A stretch of 64,000 nt of DNA from Catajapyx aquilonaris (Eukaryota), in assembly GCA_000934665.2 (NCBI GenBank), contig KZ537960.1, positions 186,001 to 250,000 on the forward strand, given 5' to 3'. The position numbers and the translations under genes were made by a program. Under the pieces are notes generated by a model. It saw only the letters and a list, made by a program, of their open reading frames with translations. It had not been told where the DNA came from and made no database searches. Below are positions 24,352-38,277 of this stretch, piece by piece; positions within the stretch are counted from its first letter, which is position 1, and every line of letters begins with the position of its first letter.

Positions 24352-27300
24352 AGGACACTATGCACTGTGCAATTCAATTTTATCACATTTTTTGACCAAT
24401 GTTTGTATGTAAATTGGTTCACCCTGTGTTTGGGTAAAAAGTGGGGTTGTGTCCAAGCCGCAATCACTCTTCATGTGTCCAGTGTTGCCTCTCTCGAAGC
24501 TTTCAGCATGGACACATCCAAAAAAGTCAGGCATTCCACACCCGACCCTAACTAACTTTTACAACAGTTGCATAGTTTCATTAAGGTCTGGGCTACGCGG
24601 CTAGCTAATGTGAATTGATTTTTCACAATGTCGTGTCTCCCCATTTGCCAGATGCTGCACTCACGTACTCGCTAAACACGAAAGTGACATGTGATTAAAT
24701 AACAACCTAATTACACCCCGTTAAGTGTGACAACTCTGACCGTAGACCCGAAAAATTATTCATGGAAAAGGGCCTTACTAACTACGCAATGTTGCCACAC
24801 TTCTAGAGTGGTTATTTAATCATGGAGGTGATAAATGTGATGTGGCCTAACCTACCTTTAAGGGCGGCCTAGGTAGGATGTATGAGACACCTTCCACCTT
24901 TAGCCCTTAGTCTTCCCTATCGTCATCATCTTCAGAACTAAATTTTGAACGACAGTCACGCCAGGGTGTAATCAAGCCTTACCTCTGGTGCCAACTTGGT
25001 CGTCCTTCATTTCCTGTAAGTGCTTTCTTTTTTCGGCTGTCAAAAAAATATTACTCCTCTTATTTAAGCTTTCCTTTCAACAACACTTTTTTGCAAAGAG
25101 AAGCTCTTGTCAGCCAGACCGCCTAATTCGATCAACTGTCTAAAGCAGTAGTTTGTAAGCTGAGAAATACGCATGTCAAAAAATGTGTTCTACATTGATC
25201 CATTAATTTGTGTTGTACTATGCCACCAAGGGTATTCATGAATAATTAAATGAATAAACACCATATACACAATAGCTGCAAATACCACACCATGCTTAAC
25301 TGAAAAATTACCAAAAAATGGTAAAAAACGAGGGGGCTGATGTTTATCGTGCAGAAGAACCCCGGGGCCAGAGAAGCGTGGGATGAGTGTACTGCACCGC
25401 TGTATACAGCCTGCGAAAGGATAGCAAAAGAGCTGGGGACTGGAGGGCAGGGAGGGGGATGGATGCGATTCGTCGAGAGCTCCAAGGCACGCTGGAAATT
25501 CCATCAGTACAGTGGAAATTTCAGCAGCGCGGTGTAAACCCTCCGCCGGGCATTCCAGGCAGCCAGCTTACCTCACAAGTCCAACAGCAGCAGTGCCCTC
25601 ATCAATTTTGCACCTTGCCACATTCAAGATGTAAAGCCGTCATACATATAGCGCTGGGAGTACGGTCAATATCCTAGGCTCCATCAGCCAGCGCCTGCCT
25701 ATATGAGTGTATTAAAAGTCAGTCAAAAAATATCTGAAGTCGTCCAAATCCCAAGGCGTCGCCATTGTAAAGGACCATTGACTTGAGGGAATTTCATATG
25801 CGTTATTTGCATCTAATTGGGTACTGCACAAATGTCAATGTCCATATGTGGCTTTTGAATTTTGATGGGGACATCCATGGGTATAGGCCGGATGATTTGG
25901 TCCTGTTTGACAAAATAGCTAGAGCGTGTGTTTTTTCGCTCACAGTCCAGCAGCGAGGGAACGACCATTTGAGCTAGAGTAATAGGCTTAGAGTTGAACG
26001 GTGCAGTGTGCCGGGTAAAACTGAGGTCCGCCACCGCGTCAACGACACTTCACATGCCTTCTGGGTCCATCTCTGGATACTTACATGTAAAACCAAACGT
26101 GACTTTTCATTCGGTAAAGTACTAGCCGCTGTTTATTTTTGGGCGATCAAATAGTAAAAAAATAGTGAAGAATCGCAAAGAGCTGAAGAAGTCTTTGATG
26201 TTCGGATGGACATAGCGGAAAAGCTGAGTATGAAGAGACCTGCTGGCACTGACTTTTTTGCCTTTCAAGAGTTGGACAGGTCGTATTTTCAAGAAAAAAT
26301 GTCTTGACAGGGTGTACTTACTGCAATGTCATCTGCAGATATAGCCAAACTAGTTTACTCCAAACCTAATTTATTGGGCGAGATTTTTACAAAACAAAGC
26401 CAAAAATAATATGAAAAACAATAAATTACAGGGTACTTTCTATTCTCCATTAATAGGTATTAGATGGTAGACGAATGGTGGGCGAGTGACCGAGATACAT
26501 GGCTGCCTAAACATGGATTTTCTTGCCCCGAGTTTCAGCAATAAATCTCACTGTGGATAAAGCACGATTGTAATTCCGGAGATGACAACGCCGTTATCGG
26601 AAGTACACCACCGCAGCTCTCTCTCTAGCTCCAAAATCATGCTGGTTTTTTTATTCATAAAAAAATGAGCGATGAGTATAAATCTCGCCTTTTTGCTTAA
26701 ATGTGAGCATCTACAAGATGGATTGTGGTGTTTAAGCCATACCATGGCTACACCTGGCCAATAACACGCCTCAAAAGTAGAAATTATTTTGCTGTAACTT
26801 TCTGTTTGCTTTTAATTTGCGCTCAAGTTTTATACTCCTACAATCATTAGCATGTTTATGATCGTGACCTATCTTCACTTTGTTATTCTACCCCCATAAA
26901 ATCTTCACCTTTCGTCCCGCCTAAAGCCATATAGTAATTGCCCCTCAACTTGCAAACTACCTAACTTTCAAAAGATACCCTACAATTTTAACTAATAAAA
27001 AATAGTATGACGTATTAGTTTCAGGCAAGCAAACACTGTTCTTGCAGTAATAATTTAACTATATTACTTTCCTCGCTGGCACTGTTTCCTTTTCTGGAGC
27101 CAAATGAGTCCGCAGCACCAGCACTGTTTATACGTGTGGGAGCGTATGTATACACACTATATGGTAGAGGCGTCGTAGCGTGTGAGAATCATAAGGGACG
27201 CATCCGGCTGGTTAGAATGATAATAATACAGACACACACACAAAAAATTCATTTTTAGAGAGCACCCTAGGGTAGGGAGTAAGGGAGATTGGAAATATAT

Positions 27301-30049
27301 GACCTCATCCGACCCATGACCTGGGTCGACCCTTTTTTAAGAGGAGGTAAGGACCGGAAGCCTTCCGGGGCGGGACCATGCGGATGTCCGGGTCCACCAC
27401 CAGATGGCAGGATACTCGATCGATCCCCACCGCCGTTACCCCGTTGCCATGTTGATTCCGTATCGAATTACGGTCGTCTTGTGTTAGGGGTGGATGCGGG
27501 GGAAATTACTAAACATTGCGCTCAAAATTGCATAGTTGCTCAAATTTAACGTCAGTCTTGTATTACGACGAATGCCGGAGCAAGTTAGAGGACCGGAAAT
27601 AAGCCGAAGTTGAAACAAAGTCAATGTTTGCGCTCCAAGCGTTCATTCGGTTGGTAAAGCGAAGGGTTTTGCAATTTCCGACAAAGTTTACACGAGTTCT
27701 ATGCGAAAATCTTGCATTGAAATTTTAGGTCATGCATAAATTAATAGGTCCGGCTCATTTGATATGGTCAAATTTCAGTTTTTTTCCTGCATAATAGCGC
27801 CTCCTAGAATACCTTCCAAAAAAAGGCTTAAAAAGTAATTTTACAGGTGGCGCAATTCCTCTCCATCGCGCGATTATGCGTCACTGATAATGCTTGTTTT
27901 TGCCCTCAAATTCTCTCTTGTATTTCCCACGCGACATTAAACATGCAATAAAAATTCTAAGCAGGGGTCACTAGAGAAATCAACTCCCTTTCCCTTGCAT
28001 CGCACCCCACAGCACAACCCAGCAAGATTGGTGGCCCTAATGCGCAACTGCTTTGTTGACAATAAAGCAACTCCCCCATTTTGGCACTAACATTGTATAC
28101 CTCCTAAAAATTCAGGCATCTATTTTTTTGGAATTGGGTTGGGGTAGGTTGGATAGTTTATGAGCGCAGTTTGGCAACAAGGGCGTCGAGAGCATCCCCT
28201 CCCCTCTCCCTTCATCCCGCCTCCCCTGGTCCATCCCAGCATCGCCTCTCCCCGGTAGACTCGGAATAGCGTCGACGCCGTCCGCGTCTCTAGGAGCAGC
28301 CAGCGTGTGAGGCACGGACACAGCCTGATTCAGCATCGGTACCTCACTTTTCGATACAGGTGAGCATTTTAGTTGGACAGTGACCGTTAGGACCGTTGGC
28401 TCGACCGTTAGGACCGTTAGGACCAAGCGGATTCAGTGACACGTGTTGAGAAGGTGAGCACGCACTTTTCGCACGTGAGCCCTCATTTGTAGTGGTGGTA
28501 ATAACTCTATGTACCTCGCTAATGAGCCGATTCCTGGTTATTTGATTCGTGCGTGTTGTCCGTTCGCTAACTGCTGCGGTTCATCCCTGACCACTCTTGT
28601 TATTCCGTTCAACACCCATCAAATTAATGACAGTTGGCATCCTTGTCACTCGGAATGGAACAAAACAGTTGGCGTGATGGAAACATTACCAAACGAGCCC
28701 TGAATGTGAAGCATATTGTGTCGCGGTGAACAGGCACACTGCAAAACCATTGGGGCTACTAGTGTCAGAGGGTCACTGCCGGTCACTTCCTCATGTTAAA
28801 AGTTGCATGCAGTCGCTTCAAACTATGTGCATGGTCAAATTTTAATCCAATTAACTGCTAAGTGAAGCTACGCCACCGCAGTATGTACGGATGAATTATT
28901 ACAGAAGGGCATTAGCTATGTGGCTATCGGCTTGTAGTAACCGCGGGTAAATAAATAGGCCTATGCCCACATATAAAATGAGTGACGGCAATGACCGTCG
29001 GTTGATCAGGTTGAATATTTAAAACCTATTTGTACTGCCGGTCACCCAACTCATCACCTGTACCACCATACAAACAACACTCCAACGATAACCACAAGTT
29101 GATAACACTTTTTTGCATATCGAACGCTACTACAATCAACAAAAATCCCTGCAATCTAAAAGACATCAGCATTTAATTACACATATGCCTAGCTTATCCT
29201 ATACTGGGTGGGTTAAAAAACTCTATTTGGAATCCCAGTCACAATCCGAAAATAGACCATGGAAGAGCGTTCCCGCACAGACTACTCGGAGAATATCGAA
29301 CGTCGTGTAAGGAACCCTCGAAACGTACCGTTTTGTCATTGCATAAATGGGACACGAGAGAGGAATGGGAATAACTCCCAGCCTCCAATAACATCAGTGG
29401 ACTTGTCCGGAACGCGGTTGCCCGGAACGACGAACCCCCACGAATGGGATGACGATAAAGATATACGTTGAGAGTAGAGGGGGGTTGGAAGGATTGTCCG
29501 GAAGCTGGCGACAAAAAGGAAACGGGTCCCAGAACGGGACAGACGGAAGCGGTCCTTCCGAAGTGACCGGATGTTCCGTGCACCAAGACTGTACTCAATT
29601 CCGGAACAGCGCGAATACCCGCAACATAATTTGCCAAGGAGTAACTGAGCGGAGGTGTAACTATACGCGACGGATGCTGATTATCTCATCCTCTCTACCC
29701 ATGGCCCACCCACTGTATAGTCCTTTTCCCTCCTCCCCTTTTCCTCCCTATCCCAGCCACCCCCCACCTGGCAATTTAGCAGCGTCTCTCGGTTGCTATG
29801 GTGACTGAAGAGAAGGCCAGAGGAATAGAATTATCTAGGCTTCTATTACGACCTGTCCAACGTCGCTTGAGTTGGGAAACTGCTTTCTCATGGAAATCGG
29901 TCTACAATGCGATTTAGAGGCGATTAAAGGAGGGAGACGAGATATAGGTGTGGAAAACGGTATAGGGGGGGCAAAGTACACCCTCGGGGTCATAGGTTCG
30001 ATCTGTAGGTCCGAGAAACATGTTTATCCAGGCTAGCCTCCACCCAGTT

Positions 30050-30261
30050 CGTCCCAAGGAGAAACACCCTAACTCTAAAACTAGTAAGGGTGAAAGTCGC
30101 ATGCATGTCCTACACTAACCCCTACTGAATCAGAGGAGATTAGTACAGGGCATGCACACGACTTTCACCCTTAAGGCGGCTACGGGCAGGTTGCATCCGC
30201 ACGACGGCTGCCGCCTCGCGCTCATTGGTGATTTGGAGTTAATGTGTTTCTCCTTGGGACG
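30050..30261. mobile_element. Small MITE-like element containing a nested hairpin element (30087-30171)
   Basis: Outer IR CGTCCCAAGGAGAAACAC / GTGTTTCTCCTTGGGACG (18 bp perfect, ~30 bp imperfect). Inner IR AGGGTGAAAGTCG...CGACTTTCACCCT flanked by TA. Confidence 0.65.
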
Positions 30262-31592
30262 GTGAAGCCCTCTAGCGGCCGCCTTCAGCTCCATCTAACG
30301 GTGTACGATCGGTATCATCCCAGAACAAAGACGATTATGGTTCAGGACAAATTAACATGACACTGTTTCCCGCAATCATTGAATTATATTGGTCAATCAA
30401 TCACGAGGCGGGGGGGGGGGGGGTAATGGTAGTACCTTTATGACGTCATCAATAACTCATCATGACATGGTGCCTGTTGCGTCCAAACCTTGTTTCGTCG
30501 TACTCAAACTTCAGCAGGGGGCGAAAAGTGTCGGNGGGGGGGTGAATCCAGCTTACGGCGACGGTAAATTTTTGTCGCCCCTTGCGTTCCCGAATTGAGT
30601 GGCGATTATGGGGGACATGGTGGGAGGAAAAAAGTCGCGGTATCTAGATCGATATCATGAATTTTGATCAGGGGGGGACTGAACATTACACATTCACAAG
30701 ACTGATTTCGAAATGGATTGCACCGCAGAGCGATTTCCAAGCCGTGCGTTGATAAAATGATTTCCAAGTGCGCTGAAAGTGTACAAAAACCAGGGGTAAC
30801 TGGAAAAGGTACTTATCTGATGGGACTATTTTGGCACTTTCCATACCTAGCGGATGGAATATTTTTGTTTGTTGGCTGTACTCACATACCGTACATCAAA
30901 CGGGCAATTAGGTATTCATTGCGTTTGGAATATTTTAATTTAATCAATTTTAGGTAATTTATTAACAAGAACTATTGCGGCTGTAAAATTTATGAGGGTG
31001 TAACAGGCAATCAAAGTAGCTAATTACTAGTTATGTGCTAGTTTAATATTTAATCGTTTTTATACCTGGCAACATTGCACTGTGGCCCATATTTTTGAAT
31101 TTACCTATAAACTATCCAGTAGAATCGCGGAAATGCTTTCCTAGAAATTTCGCAAAGTGAACCTAAGATTTACGACCAGCTTCTAAGTATCCATGATTTA
31201 AACGACAGTGCCTTTAAATTTACGGTTTTATCTCTGTAATTGAAGTCTGACAGGAATCAATATTGCGTTTGGCGGTTAGGCGGCAGAGAAGACGAGCAAG
31301 AGACGCACCCGGGGTCGTAGATTTAGGAATAATGGGGATCCTGGAGGGGATAGGAGAGCTTGTGTGTCTGGAGCGCACGTGTCCTTTCTCTCTGGAAGTC
31401 GCATGAAAAATGCATCGGAACCGCGTCATCTGAGAGCTCCAGACAAAAGGCGGTCTCCAGCTAGTCAGTCTGTCTCTCCATATCAGCCCCAGGGATAGTA
31501 TAGGAGGCATCTCAAAGCTGAAGTCGATCCGCTGATTAGGAGTCTGCAGGATCCAACGCTAGATGGCAGGTTTCTAGGAATCGGCAGCTAGA

Positions 31593-31732
31593 GGGAGCCC
31601 TCCTGGTGGACGGGGAGCCCTCCCGTTGGACGGGGAGTCCTCCCGGTGGACGGGGAGCCCTCCCGGTGGACGGGGAGCCCTCCCGGTGGACGGGGAGTCC
31701 TCCCGGTGGACGGGGAGCCCTCCCGGTGGACG
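31593..31732. repeat. 20-bp GC-rich minisatellite (GGGAGCCCTCCCGGTGGACG) x7
   Basis: Seven contiguous units with single substitutions and no spacers. Confidence 0.93.
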
Positions 31733-33260
31733 AAGACACATCTGAAGCGATCACACCGTTTAATGTAGGATGATAAGGGGTAGTGCAGACAGAAATGGGT
31801 ATAAAGAAGGAATTGTAAAGAAGAGGTGATGGTGGTACATCTCCAGCCATTCATGAAGCGTCCAACGGTTGGATGGATCGATGGATGGATGGATGGATTG
31901 GGGGAAAAGGTTGCTTTTCAATTCCGATCCTAAGAGGATCCACCCAGCAAAGAAACGCGCTTCCTTCCACCTCTCTACTCCACTAAGCACGCGTCTAGCT
32001 AAATAATCCCGGTCTGAAAGGAGCAAAAAGCAAGTCGGTCGCGGTACCCTCTCCTCCAACATCCAATCAGATTATCTCCATATCGAGCCCTATCCACATG
32101 CCAACAAAATTCCAAAACTTTTTCCCTAGGGTGGCTTGGAAGAACGTCGGGGGAGCACTCTGTTGGGGGTGGGAGGGTTTAACAATTATTTTTGGGGGAA
32201 AATTTTTGTAACTGAGTTAGTACGTCCGTATCAGGTACTTGGTAATTGAGGCAAAAATGGCTCTCCGGATTTGATTTTCGTTGCCATTTGGCTATTTCCT
32301 TCAGGAGCTGGATTTAAACTTATACGAGTTCTAACCAGTAAAAAAAGTTTTAGCAGTAAAAAACAAATCAAAGGTTCCGAACGCCTCTGTTATTGAAATT
32401 CAGCAGGGTAGCAGCAGGTCCAGCACCATCTGGCCACAAAAATTCCAACCGCACTTTTTTTTTGCCTCAGAGTGACGAGTTCCAATAATGTGACAAAAAG
32501 GCCTTATGCATGACACCCACCCAAGATAAACACCGAGGTTGAAACCCCCTTTAGAAACACATATCTTTTGCCAGTGACTTAACCCGAACCGTCAGTTAAT
32601 TCAGTCCGGGGCTATGAAAACTTTCTGGAATTTAAGCTTTTTCCCCGTGGATAAAAGGGAGCCCTCAAACCGTCACGTAATGGCGGTATGCACTTTTCGT
32701 CGTAAAGGAAGCCATTAGGGTCATTTTACGAGCACACCTTCCGGTATCCGGTGAATAGAAGCAAACAGTCGTTAGCCAGATGAGAAAGAACACGTACGAC
32801 GGAAACAGACTGTACTGTACTAAACACAATATTGTTCCTGCAATGCAAACATCTGTCTCTTGAGCTCAGAACTAGAAGATAAGCAGTAGGGTTGGTGCAT
32901 CTAATTGACCATCTCTTGGTACCAGCGTCAAGTGTGATTAGAGTCTCACGTGAGTTCGAAACTTGGCAGTTACTAGGAACTCTCTCAGCAGGAGCAGAGG
33001 AGGCCTTAGCGTGCAGCTGACAGGCCCCGGATCCTCCCGGAAAAGCACTAGAGTCTACCCCCGCTGATTTTGAAGCGGGCAGTAAATCTAAACAGAAAAA
33101 TCTCTCCGGAAAATAGAATCGGTTTTCCATAAGAGCACCGTTGAGTGGCTGCTAAGAGGAATAGAATCTGAGGAGAAAATGTTGGAGGGGAGGATCAACT
33201 CTTTGTATGGGATGCTATGTACTAATAGAATAAGGTGATTCTGAAAATGTGCTGGAGCTC

Positions 33261-33980
33261 ACAAGGGAAGTGTAAGTGTTGTCAATGGCGTTTTTGAATC
33301 AAACTTGGCACAATGATATAGGCAGGTAAGTTATTAAAGAAAATGCAAAAAAAATTGGCGGATGCCCACAAAGTCAAAAGTTATGACCTCTCGAACTCAC
33401 AAGGGACACTTTCCAAGGTCTCGCCGATTTTCTTGAAATTCGGTACATTGGTAGGCCACCCCAAGGGATGAAAAACGCACATAAAGTGACCTGCTCAAAA
33501 TGACCTGGTGACCCCTTTTTGGAGGTCAAGTCTTAAATGCGGAAAACTCACCAATTATCTTGAAATTAGGTGCATTGGTAGCCCCCAAAAAGGGGTCACC
33601 GGGTCATTTTGAGCAGGTCACTTTAGGTGCGTTTTTCATCCCTTGGGGTCGGCTACCAATGTACCGAATTTCAAGAATATCTGTGAGTTTTCGGCATTTA
33701 AGAGTTGACCTCTGCCCCCCCCAAAGGGGTCAACCGGGTCATTTTGAGCAGGTCACTTTATGTGCGTTTTTCATTCCTTGGGGTGGCCTACCAATGTACC
33801 GAATTTCAAGAAAATCGGCGAGACCTTGGAAAGTGTCCCTTGTGAGTTCAAGAGGTCATAACTTTTGACCTTGTGGGCATCCGCCATTTTTTTTGCATTT
33901 TCTTTAATAACTTACCTACCTATATCATTGTGCCAAGTTTGATTCAGAAACGCCATTGACAACACTTACACTTCCCTTGT
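33261..33980. mobile_element. Foldback-type non-autonomous element with ~255-bp inverted arms and internal subrepeats
   Basis: 33261-33515 is closely mirrored by 33726-33980. An additional ~130-bp subrepeat copy lies at ~33591-33725. No clear TSD. Confidence 0.85.
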
Positions 33981-34870
33981 CAGTTACAGGGAGAAATGGC
34001 GGACTTCGATTTGCTTAAAAAAAGTCCAACCGCTCATGTGGTAACCCAGTGTGGTATGCCAAGCAAGACAATAATGTAAAGATGGTGTTTGAAGCAGGAC
34101 AGGTGAAGAATTGCGTGGATATCCGTTGCCAAGACGACTGACCGACCGACAGACCGTGATGCCCTGAGGCAACCGTCGAGGATGATGTTGCTGGAGTCGG
34201 TTTCCATGGAGACTGCCCCTGATGTAAGAGAGAAGGGGAGGCAGCCAAGCTCGAATTGGTCAAATAACATTCGTACGTGTACCATCCGGTAAGGTCATGG
34301 ACCCAAAAAATGTTTCGGTCAGTCAACATGTTCCTAGCAATATGACAAGGAAAAAAGCAACATAAACAGGGAAATGACGGCTGGAAAACGATCGGTCCGT
34401 ACCAAAAACGAATGAAATACTGCGGGTCGGTATAATATGAGGATTCGGGTTTCGCATTAAATTGCATTGACGGCCCTTTGGGAGTAGCGTAATCCACATA
34501 GAGGGTACAGCATTACATAGTGATTCAGATGCTGCCTGCTAATAAGCATACATCCACAACGCCAAATATATCATTGCCTAATTCATTAGGTGTGAAATAT
34601 TCTGTCATAAACATGTCAGGGTATACAGAAATCGACGGTTGAAGCACACCCAGCGGTATGACTAAGAAGTATAGGTACGCAGTCATTACCGGGGACTAAT
34701 GAGTAGAGTCGTCATTAGACTTGATGTGATCATAAAGCAGGGGCATGGACTCATATCTGTATCCATAGTTTTTTTTCTCGGCGGAAGGGTCACCTTACTG
34801 CAGAGTTTACTGCACTGAGTTTTTGTTAGCCCAGAGTCAACAATCCGAGCGAAGGCTAACATTGTCCAGC

Positions 34871-35205
34871 AATGTTCTGGCTTCTGTACCTTGCACGTCT
34901 GCGGAAACCGAAATACAGTAGAAGCCTGATCTTGTTCCCTTATATGGAGCTAGCTTGGTTAACTGCCCTATCCCACAGTTCAAGAGCATGCCGAAATTAG
35001 ATGCTCCACATGTCTTCATGTAGGACACAAACAGCTTATGCAACTGAAGAGGGTCTAATGTTCTGGCTTCACCTTGCACGTCCTTTGGAACTGAAATAGA
35101 AGGCGGATCTTGTCCTCATATAATTATGAACTACTTAAGAGGGTGTTAAAAATAGATGCCAACAAGTCTTCGTAGAACCAAACCATCGTATTCAATTGAA
35201 GAGGT
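34871..35205. repeat. Degenerate local tandem duplication (~187-bp unit, 2 copies)
   Basis: The series AATGTTCTGGCTTC...CCTTGCACGTC...GATCTTGT...TAGATGC...TGAAGAGG recurs colinearly from 34871 and from 35058. Confidence 0.65.
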
Positions 35206-35859
35206 TGTTGTCATTCGTTGCGCAGCTCACTTGAAGGCTTTAAAATGGGTACTAAAGTTGTGAGTAACCTTCTGGCACCGATGAGAATGTGCCATGTGGT
35301 GGTGAATTGCGGTGATTGATTTCCGCCTGTGAGTGCAAGGCTGCTTGATGGCGCTTCCAGTTTTATTGTTCGCTTGTTTAGGGCTACATTTAGAGCGGTG
35401 ATTACATAGGGGGCTACCTTTCAAATGATAATTTCGCCATTCAGCTCATCACCCTGTCACTAGTTACGAACTGGACTTCAACAGCCGTTATGAATTTAAA
35501 TGACCTTTGGTGAAACACAGAAACACGTCATGTATTCAGCCTATATAAGAATGCTGGGGAATGTATTACAACCTGTAACGCCTTAGGTTCTGCAAGCTCA
35601 CCAGTAGCTAGTTTAGCTTCTTTGTAACTAAACTAAACTAAAAACTAAACTATCCTCACATCCCACAATGCAGCCCGAGGCCCAAGCTGTCAGCAGAACT
35701 TGCAACAAACAAAACATGCAAATGCATAATACTCTTTCTAGTCATTCCGCAAGCATCTGCAGACATACACCCGACTGAATAATACCGGTATCGTATATGG
35801 CCCTACGGCATTTCCCACTAAAAGCCTCTCACTGAACAACAAAGCACACTACGCCGGTA

Positions 35860-36070
35860 CAGTGTTGGACATTAGTCGCGTCATACTGCTAGCGACATTT
35901 TCCGCTGCGGCAGACGTGCAAATGGAAGTGATAGAGCCGTACGAGACACGGAGGGTGACGTCACCTAAGGCCTACCATTTCTTACTCGCACGGCTCTATC
36001 ACTTCGATTTGCACGTCTGCCGCATCGAAAAATGTCGCTAGCAGTACGACGCGATTATTGTACAACACTA
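35860..36070. mobile_element. MITE with ~85-bp terminal inverted repeats
   Basis: The left arm CAGTGTTGGACATTAGTCGCGTC...GATAGAGCCGTACGAG is mirrored at ~35984-36070. TSD not evident. Confidence 0.8.
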
Positions 36071-38277
36071 CTGTGTATCCTAGTCACTGCACCCAAAAAA
36101 TGCAAAGGATTCGTGAAACTCTTTGCACACCGTTACCTTAACCAACGGTGTTCCGCATTGGGGTGCATACCGAGGAAAAGGGTGGCACCACGATTAGCGG
36201 CCGAGTTTAATGGCCCCCCATACCGGATGGCGCTCCCAGCTCACCGCCTTCGTTATCGTTATTTTCCCCCCGCCTTCCCCCTCATAGCCAGATTTCCCCT
36301 TTTTGAGGGTTCACTCCCAGGGGAGGGCAAATTTATTAGCCAGAGTTGGGCGGGGTCGACCGGAAGTGGATCTAGAATATTTTTTGATGGATGACGTCAT
36401 ATTTGGACAGCTTCCGGACACGGATCTGTCTCTCCGGATGGGTCGTTTGAAACGGGGAAGTACCGGCTGTATCCGATGTTACCATTTAGAGAGAAAGGCC
36501 TGTTTCCACACGTGCAATTAATTCTGTTTATGCCACAATTTCATTTCGAGCCAACTGTCCATTGACGCTGGGCAACTCAGGCTATAAAACCCAATTGACC
36601 CTAAGTCTAGGACGGGGTTCTCTCGATTTTGCAGAAAATGTGATGGCGGAGGGTGAAAAACTACAATTGGGGTGTGTTGGTAATGTGCAGAAATACCGGA
36701 GCTTGGAAACTTCTAATGAACTGCTTCATGGGACAAACTTTTATTCGGAGCGTGAAGTTATCGCACATGCTAATGAATTACGTTGTTCTGTACAAAAAAA
36801 CTAAAAAAACGAGCTTGAACGTACCGTTAGATGGCGGTGGTGACAGTCACGACATCTAACGTCTGTCCAGTAAACTACAGTAGTTATATCAACTGAAAAC
36901 AACTGGGTCAGAAATTTTTGCAAACGAATCACGTAACTCGTACAGGGCACTCCTCTCGCAGCTTTGATTTGATGCCTAGAATGAGAACCAAGTAATACAA
37001 TTTGCGTCGATCAAGCGTGACAAAAAAGTAGCGCATATAGCTATTTAAGAGAATTAAGCCAGGAATTGAAGAGACCCGTCGCTAAGGTGGCTCAGAGATA
37101 TAAACTCATGGATGAAGGGGCATTCACAGCCACGGGGACAATTTGGCTAATGAAGTATCGCTGTGACTGAGGTGAATTTCCAAGTACGGCAAGAATCTAT
37201 TGTTCTTGCAGACGAGCCGTATCCAATTATCATACGATTACTCTTAATGAAAACAAGGATTTGCTTCCCAAACCTTACAGAAAGTACCCCCAAGGTTTTT
37301 TTGAAAAAAAGAAAAAAAAACTTTACAAGTGCTGCGATAAATTGTTTTTATGCAGTCTCATGGGGAAACTCGATTTCTCCCATGCTTCAAGTTCCTCTTA
37401 TTCATTACCAAACTTTAAGTACTGTTGCTGAATTGTGCCATAATTGAATTGAGTAAACACTCGAGAAATGAGCGAATTCCAGCGTCCCATCAATTAAAAC
37501 TTATTGAAATGTGAGGGAATGAATGGAGTCCTTTAATTAATTAGAGGGGTTGAATCACTGTTTTGTGACCGTCTTTTGGGTTCAGGTAAGCGCTGGATAA
37601 GCGGCACATATATTATGTAACTCTGTTTTCAGCGGTTTTTGACCCTCTGAAATTCAACCGTGCAGCACATTATAACACTTAGTCCTCTCCATTGCAGCAC
37701 ACTGTAACGTTTAGCCCCAACTCCTAATGCCCAAGTTCACAAAGTTAGCGGTCAGATTGTGCTAAGCGTCTCCTCATAGCTACTTTTAACCCGCTTATCA
37801 GAGTGGCTCCAACCGCAAAAGTGAAGTAGTTTTACAATAAATTCTACCACTAGGACATATGTGGGTTCCATCATTTACTCCACTGCACGTGCGTAATTCT
37901 GCATTGCGCCGTGCGATACCCGCGCAGAGAGTGATCCAATTTGATACGTCCCCAACAGTGTCAGTTTAAGTGTAACAGTAAACGATATACGGCCCCTGGA
38001 AATAACCGCTGATTACGGAATCAATTTCGCCTCTGGGCACATTTATAATATCGCTGCTATTAACCCTTAGATTGTGGTTCCGTCAGATGGAACCAGTGGG
38101 TGCCAGTGGCTCCATCTGGCATCAGAGTGACTGGCGTTGTTTTCTATCCCGCAGAGTGGCAATCGTGGGGCTTTGGCAGCCGGTCCTTGTGGGCGATGAG
38201 TGCAAGTGGATAGTGGGTGTCGAGTGAGTGGTGTGGCATCGTGATCCGGATGCGGAGGATCTGAGCCCCTGGACCTA

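Noticed and set aside
17733..31732. Minisatellites as CRISPR-like arrays or repeat-protein ORFs
   Set aside because: The units are contiguous with no unique spacers, there are no cas genes, and the context is eukaryotic. The overlapping ORFs are by-products of stop-free repeats.
34015..34497. 160-aa minus-strand ORF
   Set aside because: Non-ATG start, no recognisable domain and no supporting splice structure.
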